Notes: generated by a model from the sequence alone, not told the origin. Positions 31,495 through 46,074 are shown, numbered from the stretch's first letter. The stretch is DNA of 64,000 bases from Eledone cirrhosa (GCA_964016885.1 OZ024757.1:29946001-30010000), one strand, 5' to 3'. Numbers and translations are program-made.

Positions 31495-31532
31495 TTTTTA
31501 CGTTTTGAACACTAGTCCTTCATCAGAATAGA
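31495..31532 (-). ncRNA. Degenerate minimal hammerhead (family E)
   Basis: Minus strand uu CUGAUGA a ggac-uagu-guuc AAAA cg UA aa. GAAA is mutated to AAAA and stem III ACGU is palindromic. Confidence 0.5.
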
Positions 31533-31553
31533 GAATGAGAAATATAAGATGAA

Positions 31554-31555
<2 letters not shown>

Positions 31556-31640
<85 letters not shown>
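31556..31640. repeat. (AG)n microsatellite
   Basis: Seen directly. Confidence 0.97.
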
Positions 31641-31645
<5 letters not shown>

Positions 31646-33175
31646 AAGGGACGGAAAACAATTTTTTGGAGAAAAAACACGTGTGTAATCAGTCAACCAT
31701 TTTGGAGAAAATATATACATATATAATTATAGATATGGCGTGCATCTTTGGTGACTAATAACATTGCTGATAAACTAATCATTTTTAAGCACAACCAAAT
31801 AAAATCAAATAATAATTGTATTACAGGACTTAATTAATACTGTAACTGATTATCATAAGTATGTTACATCTTGTCATTATTCACATTATTATTATTATTA
31901 TATTATTATTATTATCCTTATCTTTATTAATATTATTATTATATTATATTTATTATTATTAATATTATTACTTTTATTATTATTACTTTTATTATTATTA
32001 TATTTATGTCATGAATTTTCCATTAAAACAAGTCTGATAATTATTTTAGACATTATGCTAATTTTCTAATGTATGACGACAAAAGCATCTTTCAAAGTTT
32101 TTTCATGTTTTTTTCGTGTTTTTTTCATGTCAATTACATGAGATATGATTTTCTTTCTCATTCATATTCCAACATTATTTATAAATATATATATATGTGT
32201 GTATATATATCTATATATGTACATATATACATGTATTTATATATACATATATATAAATTTATATACACATATATATACATATATTTATATATACATATAT
32301 ATAAATTTATATACACATATATATACATATATTTATATATACATATATATAAATTTATATATAATTTATATATACATATATATAAATTTATATACACATA
32401 TATTCATATATTTATATATACATATATATAAATTTATATACTCATATATATACATATATTTATATATACATATATATAAATTTATATATAATTTATATAT
32501 ACATATATATAAATTTATATACACATATATTCATATATTTATATATATATATATAATTTATATATACATATATTTATATATATATACATATATATAAATT
32601 TAAATATACATATATATATTTATATATACATATATATATTTATATATATACACATTCATATATTTATATATATATACATATATATACACATTCATATATT
32701 TATATATATATACATATATAATTTATATATACATATATATATTTATATATACATATATATATTTATATATATACACACATACAAATTTAATTATACATAT
32801 ATATATATTTATATATACACACACGCATAATACTTATACAAATATATATACATATATATGTATATGCGTGCGTACACACATACATACATACATACACACA
32901 TACATTATATATATTTTATGAAGTGTGAGTATATATTTAAACAATCGCTGATTGCGACTATTTTAAATTCTATTTTCGTATTCTTTCTTTTATGTTGTTT
33001 TTTAAAGATTAATGAGCGATTTTTCCAGAGAGTTTTTGTGATAGTTTTTTAATGAACATACACTATATAATTTTCAATGCCTCTATTTGTCTGGTTAGAC
33101 AATTGACACCTCACACTCGCTGTATCTTTATGATGTTTCAGTGTTAAAAAATAATCCATTGAAATATATTTTTAA

Positions 33176-33660
33176 AGTCTGTGTGGTTTATGAGTTTGGT
33201 TTGCACACACTGCTTCGAGTTCAGTCCCACTGCGTGGCACGTCTAGATGAGTTTCTTCTATACTATAGTTGTCTAATGACTTGCGAATAAAATCTAGTCG
33301 GCAGAAACGGTGTTGAAGCCTTTATAAGTATCTGTGTATATGTATTGTGTGTGTCTGTTGTTGTCGGGCGGGCAGTGGTAATTACCTCCCCTGTTTGTTT
33401 CTGTACCGTCACGAAGTAGTTCAGGAATTACAATAAGTACCAAACCTAAAAAGATATCTTATACAGTGTCTTATATGATCGACTAAATACAGGGTGGCCC
33501 AAAAGTCAATAATTATGTTTTTTAAGAAACAATTTATTCAAAATGAATAAATATGGAAACTTAAAAATTTCCTATGCATTGCGACTTTTGGGCCACCTTG
33601 TATATCAAGAAGGTGGTGCTCCAGCGTGGCTACAGTCTACTGACAGAAACCAGTAAGGAT
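33176..33660 (+). mobile_element. OR-like SINE head/body plus a downstream SINE tail, interrupted by a MITE
   Basis: B-box-like gagttcagtcccactgcgtggcac at about 33217. The tail aataagtacc...gatcgactaaa[MITE]...ggtggtgctccagcgtggctacagtc...gaaaccagtaa continues across the insertion. Confidence 0.6.
33490..33600. mobile_element. 111-bp Tc1/mariner MITE
   Basis: 18-bp TIRs cagggtggcccaaaagtc / gacttttgggccaccttg (1 mismatch), with TA at 33488-89 and 33601-02. Confidence 0.9.
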
Positions 33661-33674
33661 TACATATATGTGTA

Positions 33675-34100
33675 TTTATTTATTTATTTATTTATTTATT
33701 CAATTCAAACGTCCGTATAGATAAGCCATGAAAGACTAGGGGAAGTATCGAGCACCCCTTAATAAAAAAGAGTAGTGTGACAAGAAATTTTAAAAAAATT
33801 AAAAACTAAAAAAAAAGAAAAAAGAAAAGAGGGAGGAAAAATAAAATGACAAAAATAACATTTCAAATATTGAAAGCCAATGGGAGGCAGATTATGTCTA
33901 AGAAAAGGGAAAAGGAAAGAGGGGAGATGTAAAACAGCTAGAGGTTTCTCTTGAATCTTTTCGTAGCTTCCAGGTACTCAAAAATTTGGTTTATATTTGG
34001 TAGACCTGTAATCATATATTGAACTTCCAGTCTCGGTAGTTTTGTAAAGATTGGTTTCAATATGGCCTCTCTCTCAGACTGATAGTTTCTACATTGTATG
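33675..34100 (-). mobile_element. LINE 3' end (I/Jockey-group-like) with a (TAAA)n tail
   Basis: Minus frame 34099-33938 reads IQCRNYQSEREAILKPIFTKLPRLEVQYMITGLPNINQIFEYLEATKRFKRNL*, fitting the C..Y...R ... IF.YL..T.R tail after the C-terminal zinc knuckle. A pyrimidine-rich UTR and (taaa)n follow. Confidence 0.65.
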
Positions 34101-34337
34101 TGCGTGTGTTTATGCACATTTATGTTCGCACATAAATATGCATAAATTAAATAACTAACAAGTTAATATGTCCAATTAACACAGTTATGACCATATAACA
34201 CAAGTGGTACGAAGTAAGTATTAAAGATCTTAGCCTTCAAATGATAGGAAGAGCAATGCGATACTGTGCAGCAAGCATGCCATTGTTGTTTGCTGATAGT
34301 TTTTTATCAAGATATATAAACTCCATAACTTAAGCAA

Positions 34338-34472
34338 CTTGGACGACAAAGTCACTTCAGAAGCTCTCTACATTGCAGAACCACATCATGAGACTTTTGA
34401 CTGGGAAGCAGCTCAGCGACCGTATCTGTATCAGTGAGATGCTCAACATTACCAGACTCTGACCAATTACAT
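34338..34472 (+). mobile_element. Short fragment of the RTE family found at 29724-31097
   Basis: ttggacgacaaagtcacttcagaagctctctacattgcagaacc... matches about 30693-30825. Confidence 0.85.
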
Positions 34473-34498
34473 CATACACACACAAACACACACACATG

Positions 34499-34529
<31 letters not shown>

Positions 34530-34569
34530 CATATACTATACCGATTGTGTTGTTTTTGTTTACCTTTTA

Positions 34570-34578
34570 TATACACAC

Positions 34579-34614
<36 letters not shown>

Positions 34615-35143
34615 GTATATACATATATATACATATATATGTATACATATATATGTATACATATATATGTATACATATATATATACATATATATATATAC
34701 ATATATATGTATACATATATATATATACATATATATATACATATATATATATATATACATATATATGTATACATATGTATACATATATATGTATACATAT
34801 ATATGTATACATATATATGTATACATATATATACATATATATGTATACATATATATACATATATATGTATACATATATATGTATACATATATATACATAT
34901 ATATGTATACATATATATGTATATATATGTATACATATATATATGTATATATATGTATATATATGTATACATATATATGTATATATATGTATATATATGT
35001 ATACATATATATGTATATATATGTATACATATATATGTATATATATGTATACATATATATGTATACATATATATACATATATATGTATACATATATACAT
35101 ATATATGTATACATATATATATATACATACATATATATACATA

Positions 35144-35195
<52 letters not shown>

Positions 35196-35199
35196 CATA

Positions 35200-35236
<37 letters not shown>

Positions 35237-35575
35237 GTATATACATATATATGTATACATATATATGTATATACATATATATGTATATACATATATATGT
35301 ATATACATATATATATATACATATATATATATACATATATATGTATATACATATATATGTATATACATATATATATATACATATATATATATACATATAT
35401 ATATATACATATATATATATACATATATATATACATATATATATATACATATATATACATACATATATATATATACATATATATATATACATACATATAT
35501 ATATATACATATATATATATACATATATATATATACATACATATATATATATACATATATATATATACATACATA

Positions 35576-35639
<64 letters not shown>

Positions 35640-35668
35640 CATATATATACATACATACATATATATAC

Positions 35669-35730
<62 letters not shown>

Positions 35731-35776
35731 ACATATATATACATACATATATATATATATACATATATATATATAC

Positions 35777-35807
<31 letters not shown>

Positions 35808-35897
35808 CATATATATATATACATATACATATATATATATACATATATATATATACATACATATATATATATATACATACATATATATATATACATA

Positions 35898-35938
<41 letters not shown>

Positions 35939-35963
35939 ACATACATATATATATATACATACA

Positions 35964-35995
<32 letters not shown>

Positions 35996-36252
35996 CATAT
36001 ATATATACATACATGTATATACATACATATATATACATACATACATACATATATATATATACATACATATATACATACATACATATATATATATATACAT
36101 ATATACATACATACATATATATATATACATACATATATATACATATATATACATACATATATATATATACATACATATATATATATACATACATATATAT
36201 ACATATATATACATACATACATACATATATATACATACATACATATATATAC

Positions 36253-36325
<73 letters not shown>

Positions 36326-36798
36326 CATATATACATACATATATATATATACATACATATATACATACATATATATATACATATATACATACATATATAC
36401 ATACATATACATATACATATATATATACATATATATATATACATATATATATATATACATATATATATATACATATATATATATATACATATATATATAT
36501 ACATATATATATATACATATATATATATACATATATATATATACATATATATATATACATATATATATATATACATATATATATATACATATATATATAT
36601 ACATATATATATATACATATATATATATACATATATATATATACATATATATATATACATATACATATACATATATATACATATACATATATATACATAT
36701 ATATATACATATATATATATACATATATATATACATATACATATACATATATATACATATACATATATATACATATATATACATATACATATATATAC

Positions 36799-36865
<67 letters not shown>

Positions 36866-37121
36866 CATATATATATACATATATATATATATATACATAT
36901 ATATATACATATATATATATATATACATATACATATACATATATATATACATATACATATATATATACATATACATATATATATACATATACATATATAC
37001 ATATATATATACATATATACATATATATATACATATACATATATACATATACATATATACATATACATATACATATATATATACATATACATACATATAC
37101 ATATATATATAACATATACAT

Positions 37122-37174
<53 letters not shown>

Positions 37175-37598
37175 TATATACATATATATATACATATATA
37201 TATACATATATATATACATATATATATACATATATATATACATATATATATACATATATATATACATATATATACATATATATATACATATATATATACA
37301 TATATATATACATATATATATACATATATATATACATATATACATACATATATACATACATATATACATACATACATATATACATACATATATACATACA
37401 TATATACATACATATACATACATATACATATATATACACATACATATACATACATATACATATATATACACATATATATACATATATATATACATATATA
37501 CATACATATATATATATACATATATATACATATATATATACATATATACATACATATATATATATACATATATATACATATATATATATACATATATA

Positions 37599-37629
<31 letters not shown>

Positions 37630-37730
37630 ATACATATATATACATATATATATACATATACATATATTTACATATATATATAAACATATACATATATATA
37701 CATATATATATACATATGCATACATATATT
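34570..37730. repeat. 3.2 kb (AT)n/(ATAC)/(GTATAC) compound microsatellite
   Basis: Seen directly; source of the >1000-aa spurious ORFs. Confidence 0.97.
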
Positions 37731-38440
37731 TATTAGCTTAAAATTGTTTCGTCCAAACCGAGGTTTGGAGTCTTCAGAGCAATTTTTCAATGATTGTTTA
37801 CATACATGACCTCCTTTCCAACACAAGAGACATACAGAAACATATGTATATATCGATGCACAGTGGGGTGACATCCATTATAATATTTTTGCATGGCAAT
37901 TTAAATTCAAAAATTAAAATTAAAGTTAAAATACAACATCGGCAGTTTACGAAGATAATATTTCTCTGCACACAATAGATAATATTTCTCTGCACACAAG
38001 CTTCTTTAACATACATAAAAAATACTTTACCAATACAACCCACATAATACTCTTGATTACCCGCTTAAAGTGCTTGTATTACATATAACACCTTGCCGCA
38101 CAATAATCTTATATAAATAAGACACACGTGCATGCCCCACATGTAACTATTGCATGCACTAACTACTTCAAATGACTAACAATCTATCCTCTTGAATTAT
38201 CTTCGTAAACTGCCGATGTTGTATTTTAACTTTAATTTTGTTTTAATATGATTTTGATTTTAATTTTTGAATTTAAATTGCCATGCAAAAATATTATAAT
38301 GGATGTCACCCCACTGTGCATCGATATATGTTTCTGTATGTCTCTTGTGTTGGAAAGGAGGTCATGTATGTAAACAATCATTGAAAAATTGCTCCGAAAA
38401 CTCCAAACCTCGGTTTGGACGAAACAATTTTAAGCTAATA
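37731..38440. mobile_element. 710-bp non-coding element with about 230-245 bp inverted arms, each ending in a hammerhead-like motif (family F)
   Basis: 37731-37959 is the reverse complement of 38196-38440 apart from small indels. The left arm (minus) reads gcu CUGAAGA c uccaaacc-uc-gguuugga c GAAA caauuu UA agc; the right arm core is mutated to CCGAAAA. Both ends abut (AT)n. Confidence 0.8.
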
Positions 38441-38463
38441 TATACATATATATATATATACAC

Positions 38464-38502
<39 letters not shown>

Positions 38503-38624
38503 AATTTATATATATACATATATATATATATACATAAATATGTAGAGGTTATATTTAATTTGTTGGGATACAACAAGCAAAATATTTTTATAACTGATAT
38601 AAAGCACTCAACAAATATATTAAC

Positions 38625-38841
38625 AAATGGAAACTATATTTATAAAACCATATTTATTTCATTATACATATTTCTGGATTTCAACCAGAATGGTTGCATT
38701 TTTTAAGGGTATGTCAATATTTATTTATAAAACTAACCTATATTATATTTTATCTGATGAAAGCGCACCATAGTTTGCTCTGGTAGCCCTTGAAATATGT
38801 ATAATGAAACAAATATGGTTTTATAAATATAGTTTCCATTT
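38625..38841 (+). mobile_element. Non-coding element with a 50-bp inverted repeat and a hammerhead core (family G)
   Basis: 38625-38674 versus 38792-38841 (1 mismatch). Plus strand 38754-38801 reads CUGAUGA aagcgcacca-uaguuugcuc-ugguagcccuu GAAA uaug UA. Confidence 0.7.
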
Positions 38842-38842
38842 C

Positions 38843-38874
<32 letters not shown>

Positions 38875-38927
38875 CATATATATATACATATATATATATA
38901 CATATATATATACATATATATATATAC

Positions 38928-38958
<31 letters not shown>

Positions 38959-39209
38959 CATATATATATATACATATATATATATACATATATATATATA
39001 TACATATATATACATATATATACATATATAAACACACATATATATATATATATACATATATATATAGAGATATATAGCAAGCATACACATTTATTCAGAT
39101 ATAAACAACTGTTGAACGAATCCTCTTCCACTCTATCTGTTCATGTCTTGGATAAGATGGTTCTATTATGTTCCGACCAGTGGATCAATACCTCATTAAT
39201 ATTGCGTTT

Positions 39210-39460
39210 CTTTCTATCTATCTATCTAACTATCTCTGTCTATCTATCTATCTAATTATATATGGCTGTCGTTCTATCTTCCTCAGTCTATCTAGCTATC
39301 TATCTACCTATCTATATATCTAATTATATCTGGCTGTCCTATCTTCCTCAGTCTATCTAGCTATCTATCTACGTCGTTACATATCTATCTATATAATTAT
39401 ACCTGGCTGTCATTCTATATTGCTCGATCTATCTATCTATCTATCTATCTATCTATTTAC
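39210..39460. repeat. About 3 copies of a 65-75 bp unit built on (TCTA)n
   Basis: aattata..tggctgtc..tctatcttcctcagtctatctagctatctatct is repeated. Confidence 0.8.
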
Positions 39461-39767
39461 GTGCTCACATATTTATATATCATTACTAAAGCTCGATAAG
39501 ATAATAAGAAGTTTGATTAGAATAAATTGATTTTCTGTTGTTTTAATCAAAAATGCATTTCGAAAGCACATTGGAAACTAGAAAAGAAAAACATTTGTCG
39601 GCATGAAATATGGCGAGACTTCAAATGGCTGTTGTTGATAGGTTTATTAGAATATTTTATTTAAACTTTCTTTTATTCTTCTTTTACTGGCTTTCAGTAA
39701 TTGGACTGCGGCCATGCTGGTACATGATATTGTTGAAGATATGTTTAACTGATAATTATGTAGTCAG

Positions 39768-40095
39768 TAGATTGGCAGTATCGATAGTGGTTCGGACGCC
39801 AGGCTTTGCAGCATAGAGTTACGGCCCTTTATGATCTGAGTTCAAATCGCGCCGAGGTTAACTTTGCCTTTCATCTTTACGGGGTCGATAAAATAAAGTA
39901 CCAGTAATGCACTGGGTAATTTGCTGGCCTTGTGCCAAAAGTAGAAACAATTATTTAATAAGTTATAGTAAACGAATTGGCAATTGGGTTAGGGCGTTAG
40001 AAATAATCTATTGCGGTATTTGTTCCGGCATTTTACACTTTGAGTTCAAATCTTGCCAGGCATCGTTCAGAGTCAATAAATAAAACCCCTGTCAA
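39768..40095 (+). mobile_element. tRNA-derived SINE, full copy (39768-39952) followed by a degenerate copy
   Basis: attggcagtatcgatag (A box), gagttcaaatc (B box), core and tail. Confidence 0.87.
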
Positions 40096-41267
40096 GCAGA
40101 AAGAAGAAATAAGTTCCGTCAGGTTTAAATGTCGAAGAAATAACGTATGTGTGTGTATGAATGTGTGTGAGTGAGTGAAAAAGTGAATGAGTGGGTGAAT
40201 GAGCGAGTGAGAGAGAGCGAGTGTGTGTGTTTATGTGTATGTGCTTTATCCAGCCCCTCGTTTATCTCCATACAACCATCCTGTAATCAAATTATGTTCC
40301 AGCTGTGGATTTCTTATACAACATTTCTAAAACCACCTTCTCTCTACGTATATTTCGTTTTTTCAGATAGACGTTTATTTTTTTTAATGGATTTTACTTT
40401 TATTTCTGAACACGACAAGTAAAAATATATACGAGTCCTAATTATCTCGTTATGCGTGGTAATCTGTAGATGAGAAAGGCAAAAAAAGAAAGGAGATGCT
40501 TTTCTGTGTACTCTTAGCCTTTGGATATCTATTCCTGTGCTATGGGGACATTTTAAATATTGGTCTATTGATAGAATTCCCTACTAATGTCAAATACACT
40601 GCACCTTTTTATTTTATATAGTTGTTGTTATTTATTTATTTTTGTCATTTGTTGTTATGTTTTTTGTTTGTTTTTGTTGGCGTTCTTTGTATAGTGCGCG
40701 TGTGTTTGTGTAAGGGCTTTCTCCGATATGTGAAAGACACGGGACATTAAAAAACGTGAGAAAGATATATGAGAGGAGAGCTGACTATTCAAAGTAAGGT
40801 AGCTGCACTATTGAAAGCTGTGATAAATACGAAGAACTGACATGAAAGGAAGATTGGAACCCAAACCCACTTTCAATTTTCCATTAATCACAGCAATGAA
40901 TGATGCCTATAGAAGAAGCACGCAATGCCAGTTCTCACAAGAGATATTGTATTGATGTATAGCAGGAATTCTTACAGAGGTATCCTCCTGCCATTCAAAA
41001 ACCAGCTGTATATAATAAACATTGGTGGATTGCAAAAGAATCCAATCAAGCCACTGTTGAAATTCCTAACACTAAAGATATCTGTATATGCTTGATAGAA
41101 TACATTTGCAGGAAGCATCATATTGCGTACATTGATTGTGAAATTTAGGAGGTTCAAGAAAGATAGCATAATAAAGTATTTTAATAGGAAAATATATATA
41201 TTATATATATATATGTGTGTGTGTATGTATATATATATAGGTATATTTGTTATATTTATATGTGTGT

Positions 41268-41338
<71 letters not shown>

Positions 41339-42512
41339 GATAAATTTGTTATATATATATATATAAATCTGTTATATATATATATATATATAAATCTGTT
41401 ATATATATATGTATAAATTTGTTATATATATATATATGTTTAAATTTGTTATATATATATGTATACATTTGTTATATATATATGTATACATGTGTTATAT
41501 ATATATATATAAATTTGTTATATATATGTATATATATAGATAAATTCGTTATATATATGAATATATATATATATGAATTTGTTATATATATGTATATATA
41601 TAAATATAAATTTGTTATAAATATGTATATATATATATAAATTCGTTATATATATGTATATTAATTTGTTATACATATGTGTGTGTGTGCTTGTGAGTGT
41701 GTTCGAGAAAGATAGTATAATAGAGCATTCTAATATGAAAACATTAAGATATGACTATTAATACATGAACATACATATATGAGTGTACGTGTCTGTATAG
41801 ATGTATATATAAGTATATATAAACGACGTGTGTATATGTGTACGTATGTAATATATATTACAAGATGTCATATCCCAAGACCCTCCAAAATCCTTCCAAT
41901 TGTGTTTATATTTATCATTAACACTTCTCATTCTTCAAAATTTATCTTCGATGCAATACTTTTAGACTGATGCATCGCAGTGTGAATACATTACTACGAT
42001 GAAACGAGAGTACATTCTCATTTCCTCTCTATATAGATGGGAAAGGTATACACAGCAATGGCGGCCGAATCGATATAACGATAAGAACGCTGCAGACGGG
42101 AGAAGATACAATGCACACTAACATTACTACGTTGTGTTCTATTCGAATGGTGGTTAGAACTCCAATCGGAAGTAACTGGCCTTGAGAACAGTGTAAAGAG
42201 AAATTGGAATATATATTTGTACCATATATATGCGCACGTATTGATATATATAAATATATATATACGTATGTATGTATATATACGTATGTATGTATATATA
42301 CGTATGTATGTATATATACGTATGTATGTATATATATATATGTGTATGTATATATACGTATGTATGTATATATACGTATGTATGTATATATATATATATA
42401 TATGTATATATACGTATGTATGTATATATACGTATGTATGTATATATATATATATATATATATACGTATGTATGTATATATACGTATGTATGTATATATA
42501 TACGTATGTATG

Positions 42513-42543
<31 letters not shown>

Positions 42544-42568
42544 ATATATATATGTGTGTGTATATATA

Positions 42569-42629
<61 letters not shown>

Positions 42630-42886
42630 ATATATATGTGTGTATATATATATATGTATGTATGTATATATATGTATGTATGTATATATATGTATGTATG
42701 TATATATATATGTATATATATATATGTATGTATATATATATGTATGTATATATATATGTATGTATACATATATATATGTATGTATATATATATATATGTA
42801 TGTATATATATATGTATGTATATACATGTATATACATGTATATACATGTATATACATGTATATACATGTATATACATGTATATACA

Positions 42887-42940
<54 letters not shown>

Positions 42941-45266
42941 AAAGGTGAAATTAGGAGTCAGCGAAACTGGTCAAAGATAGAACTAGCGATTTTGATCAAG
43001 GGGTGGACCATGGCTGATGGGTCTCCACCAAGCAAAAAGATGGCGGAGAACCTGAAAAGCCATGGGTTTCTGAGGACCCTGGCACAGGTAGAGAGAAAGA
43101 CAAAAGAAATTGAGAAGGCGTATGTCCTCATAGCGCCACATATGGCGATGCTAAGCCGTGTCCTCAGGGAGGAGAAAACCGAAGGAGAAGGAAAAAGAAA
43201 AGGAGGAGAGCACAAGCACGGACCTGAAAGAAAATGAGATACCCTCCGCCACAGTCAGGGAGGGCAGGCTGATCAACCAACAAGCAAAGGGTAAAGGTGA
43301 AAAGCGAAATCACCTTCCGAAGGAGAACCAAGCGCAGAGGGACCAGTGGACAACTGTTCAAAGGAAGAACAGAAAGCACCGAGACACTGGGAGCAAAAGA
43401 AAACAAGTAATGTACAAGTTTTTCAAGAACGGGACATGCTGGCATGGAGAGACAGGGATGGGATGCAGATTCGCCCACCCTAGGTCTCAAACGAACTATG
43501 CCCCTACTCGCGCAACATGCCCCAGCCAAAGCCGAAATAAGCCGCTCCAGAAGTATGCTGATGTCGCGCGTGCCGCACCAACAAGGAGAATGCACGCACA
43601 TGCCGACGAGATACAGATGGCAACAGCAGAGCAGAACATTTTTTTAGTGATGGCAGAGAAGATTGTGGGACAGCTGACCTGGCTGCATCGTCTCCAGAGC
43701 CAGGGTCACCCACACCAGCACTCGAGACCACCACAGCTAAGTGACCCAGAGTGGTCGCCGCTGACACCAGACCAGGTGTCATACCGACAGCCATTACTGG
43801 CACCCCAAAAGTCACACCAGTGCTGCTGCTGAATGTCAGAGGCCTGGTGAAACTCAGTAACATGAGTAAAATGTCCTACCTGGGAGACTGAGCCATAAGC
43901 AATCAAGCATTATGCATGGCACTACCCGAAACGCACCTGACAAGCAGTATAGCAGATGCAGAAATACATATACCGAAATATACTGTATTTCGTTCGGACA
44001 GGAAGGAGAGAACTCATGGTGGGGTTGCTCTGTATATCCGTGAAGATGTCACACCAATTGTACTGTTGACACATTCAAACTCAGTCTGTGACACACTGAT
44101 AGTACATATGAAGCAACTACAGACAGTAATATGTGTCACATATCGGCCGCCCGATACCCCCAGTCATGAGGGTAAATTTGAGGATAGCCTAAGTAGGATA
44201 GAAGAGGTCCTTGACAAACTGGACTAGGGTCTCAACATTCTACTGCTGGGAGACTTCAACCTACCAAAGGTCAAATGGGCTGAGGGCCACCTCCTCCCTG
44301 GAATGACGTCAATAGAACAGAGACAGACGAAATCCCTGCTGGCCCTCACACACAAGCTGTTCATGGAGCAAGCAATACTCCTCCCAACAAGAGGCGAAAA
44401 TGTCCTGGACCTCTGTTTTACAAACAACGAAGTGCTCATCCACAATGTAAAGGTGACACCAACAATTCTCTCGGATCATAACTTAGTAGAGCTAATGATA
44501 TGTGGTCCAAGAGAACCAACAGAAACAAAACCACCAAGAAGCTCCGGGACGTTATCCAGCCTTAACTTCTACAAGGCTAAGTGGAAAAAGATTGAGAGAG
44601 AAATCTGGAAGCAAACATGGAGTGAAAACACCGCCACACAAGACACTAACACACAATTTCAACACTTCATGACAACGATACACACTATATGCAAAAAGTT
44701 TGTCCCGGAGAAAAAGGCAAACAGACGCAAAAATCTTATTCCCAGAGATAGGAAAATCCTTATGAGACGTAGAACCAAACTCTCAAACCAGTTGAATAGT
44801 CAACAAAACAAAAACAAGAAGGAATCCTATTTGAAATGTGCATTACTTGGCACCGAGATTGCACTCAAGCTTTCCCATGAGAATGAGAGGGCAAAGAAAG
44901 AGAACAGGGCCATAGAAAACATTAAAACAAACCCTAAGGCCTTCTTTAAATTTGCAAAAGAAACTGCCTCAGTACACTGCAAGATTGGGCCACTCTTCCA
45001 TACGGACGGTTCATTAACCGAAGACCCCCAAGAGATATGTGAAATACTGAACGAACAGTACAAAAGTGTGTTCACATGTCCACTGAGGCACATGCAAATA
45101 ACGAAGCCAGAGAAGTTCTTTGATGCCACAACACTACATGAAGAAATGGCAACCATCAACCACATAGACATAACGGAGGAGGATGTGGTGTACGCCATTG
45201 ATGAAATTAGAACAGACTCGGCTGCTGGACCTGATGGATTCCCAGCAGTTCTCTTAAAAATATGTA
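42941..45266 (+). mobile_element. CR1-group LINE, 5' portion: ORF1 (Myb/SANT-like + CCCH finger) and ORF2 AP-endonuclease up to the start of RT; 3' truncated
   Basis: ORF2 motifs in one frame from about 43820: LLNVRGL, ALPETHL, FRSDR...GGVALYI, TYRPP, LLGDFNLP, PTRGENVLDLCFTN, SDHN, NPKAFFKF, LNEQYKSVFT, SAAGPDGFP. In-frame stops at about 43889 and 44225. ORF1 (42941-43832) has one frameshift near 43160-43235. Confidence 0.9.
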
Positions 45267-45345
45267 AGCGTTCAACGCATCGGTAAGGGTTCTCCTACAT
45301 GGATATAAAGTAGTGGCCGTACTCGAAAACGAGTTGGCAGCCACC

Positions 45346-45750
45346 ATATATATGTATGCATATATATGTATGTATATGTAATATATCTATGCCTGCATGT
45401 ATATAGATTTACAGTAGATGTATATGTACATATATATATATGTATATATATATGTATATATATATATATGTATATATATATATGTATATATATATGTATA
45501 TATGTATATATATATATGTATGTATGTATCTATATATATGTATGTATGTATCTATATATATGTATGTATGTATGTATCTATATATATGTATGTATGTATA
45601 TATCTATATATATGTATGTATGTATATATCTATATATATGTATGTATGTATATATCTATATATATGTATGTATGTATATATCTATATATATATGTATGTA
45701 TGTATATATCTATATATATGTATGTATGTATATATCTATATATATGTATG

Positions 45751-45784
<34 letters not shown>

Positions 45785-45814
45785 TATATATATATATATA
45801 TATATATCTGTATG

Positions 45815-45853
<39 letters not shown>

Positions 45854-45996
45854 GTATGTATATATATATCTGTATGTATATATATATATATATATATCTG
45901 TATGTATGTATGTATATATATATATATATATATCTGTATGTATATATATATATATATATATATATCTGTATGTATATATATATATATATATATCTG

Positions 45997-46033
<37 letters not shown>

Positions 46034-46034
46034 G

Positions 46035-46073
<39 letters not shown>

Positions 46074-46074
46074 G

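Noticed and set aside
34434-37741. Very long ORFs (up to 1081 aa) of Y/I/M/C/H/T here and in other AT arrays
   Set aside because: Translations of (AT)n/(ATAC)n microsatellites, open in most frames on both strands, with no domain content.
40496-40621. 41-aa ORF resembling a signal peptide (MLFCVLLAFGYLFLCYG...)
   Set aside because: Too short, hydrophobicity is expected from T-rich DNA, and there is no supporting exon structure.
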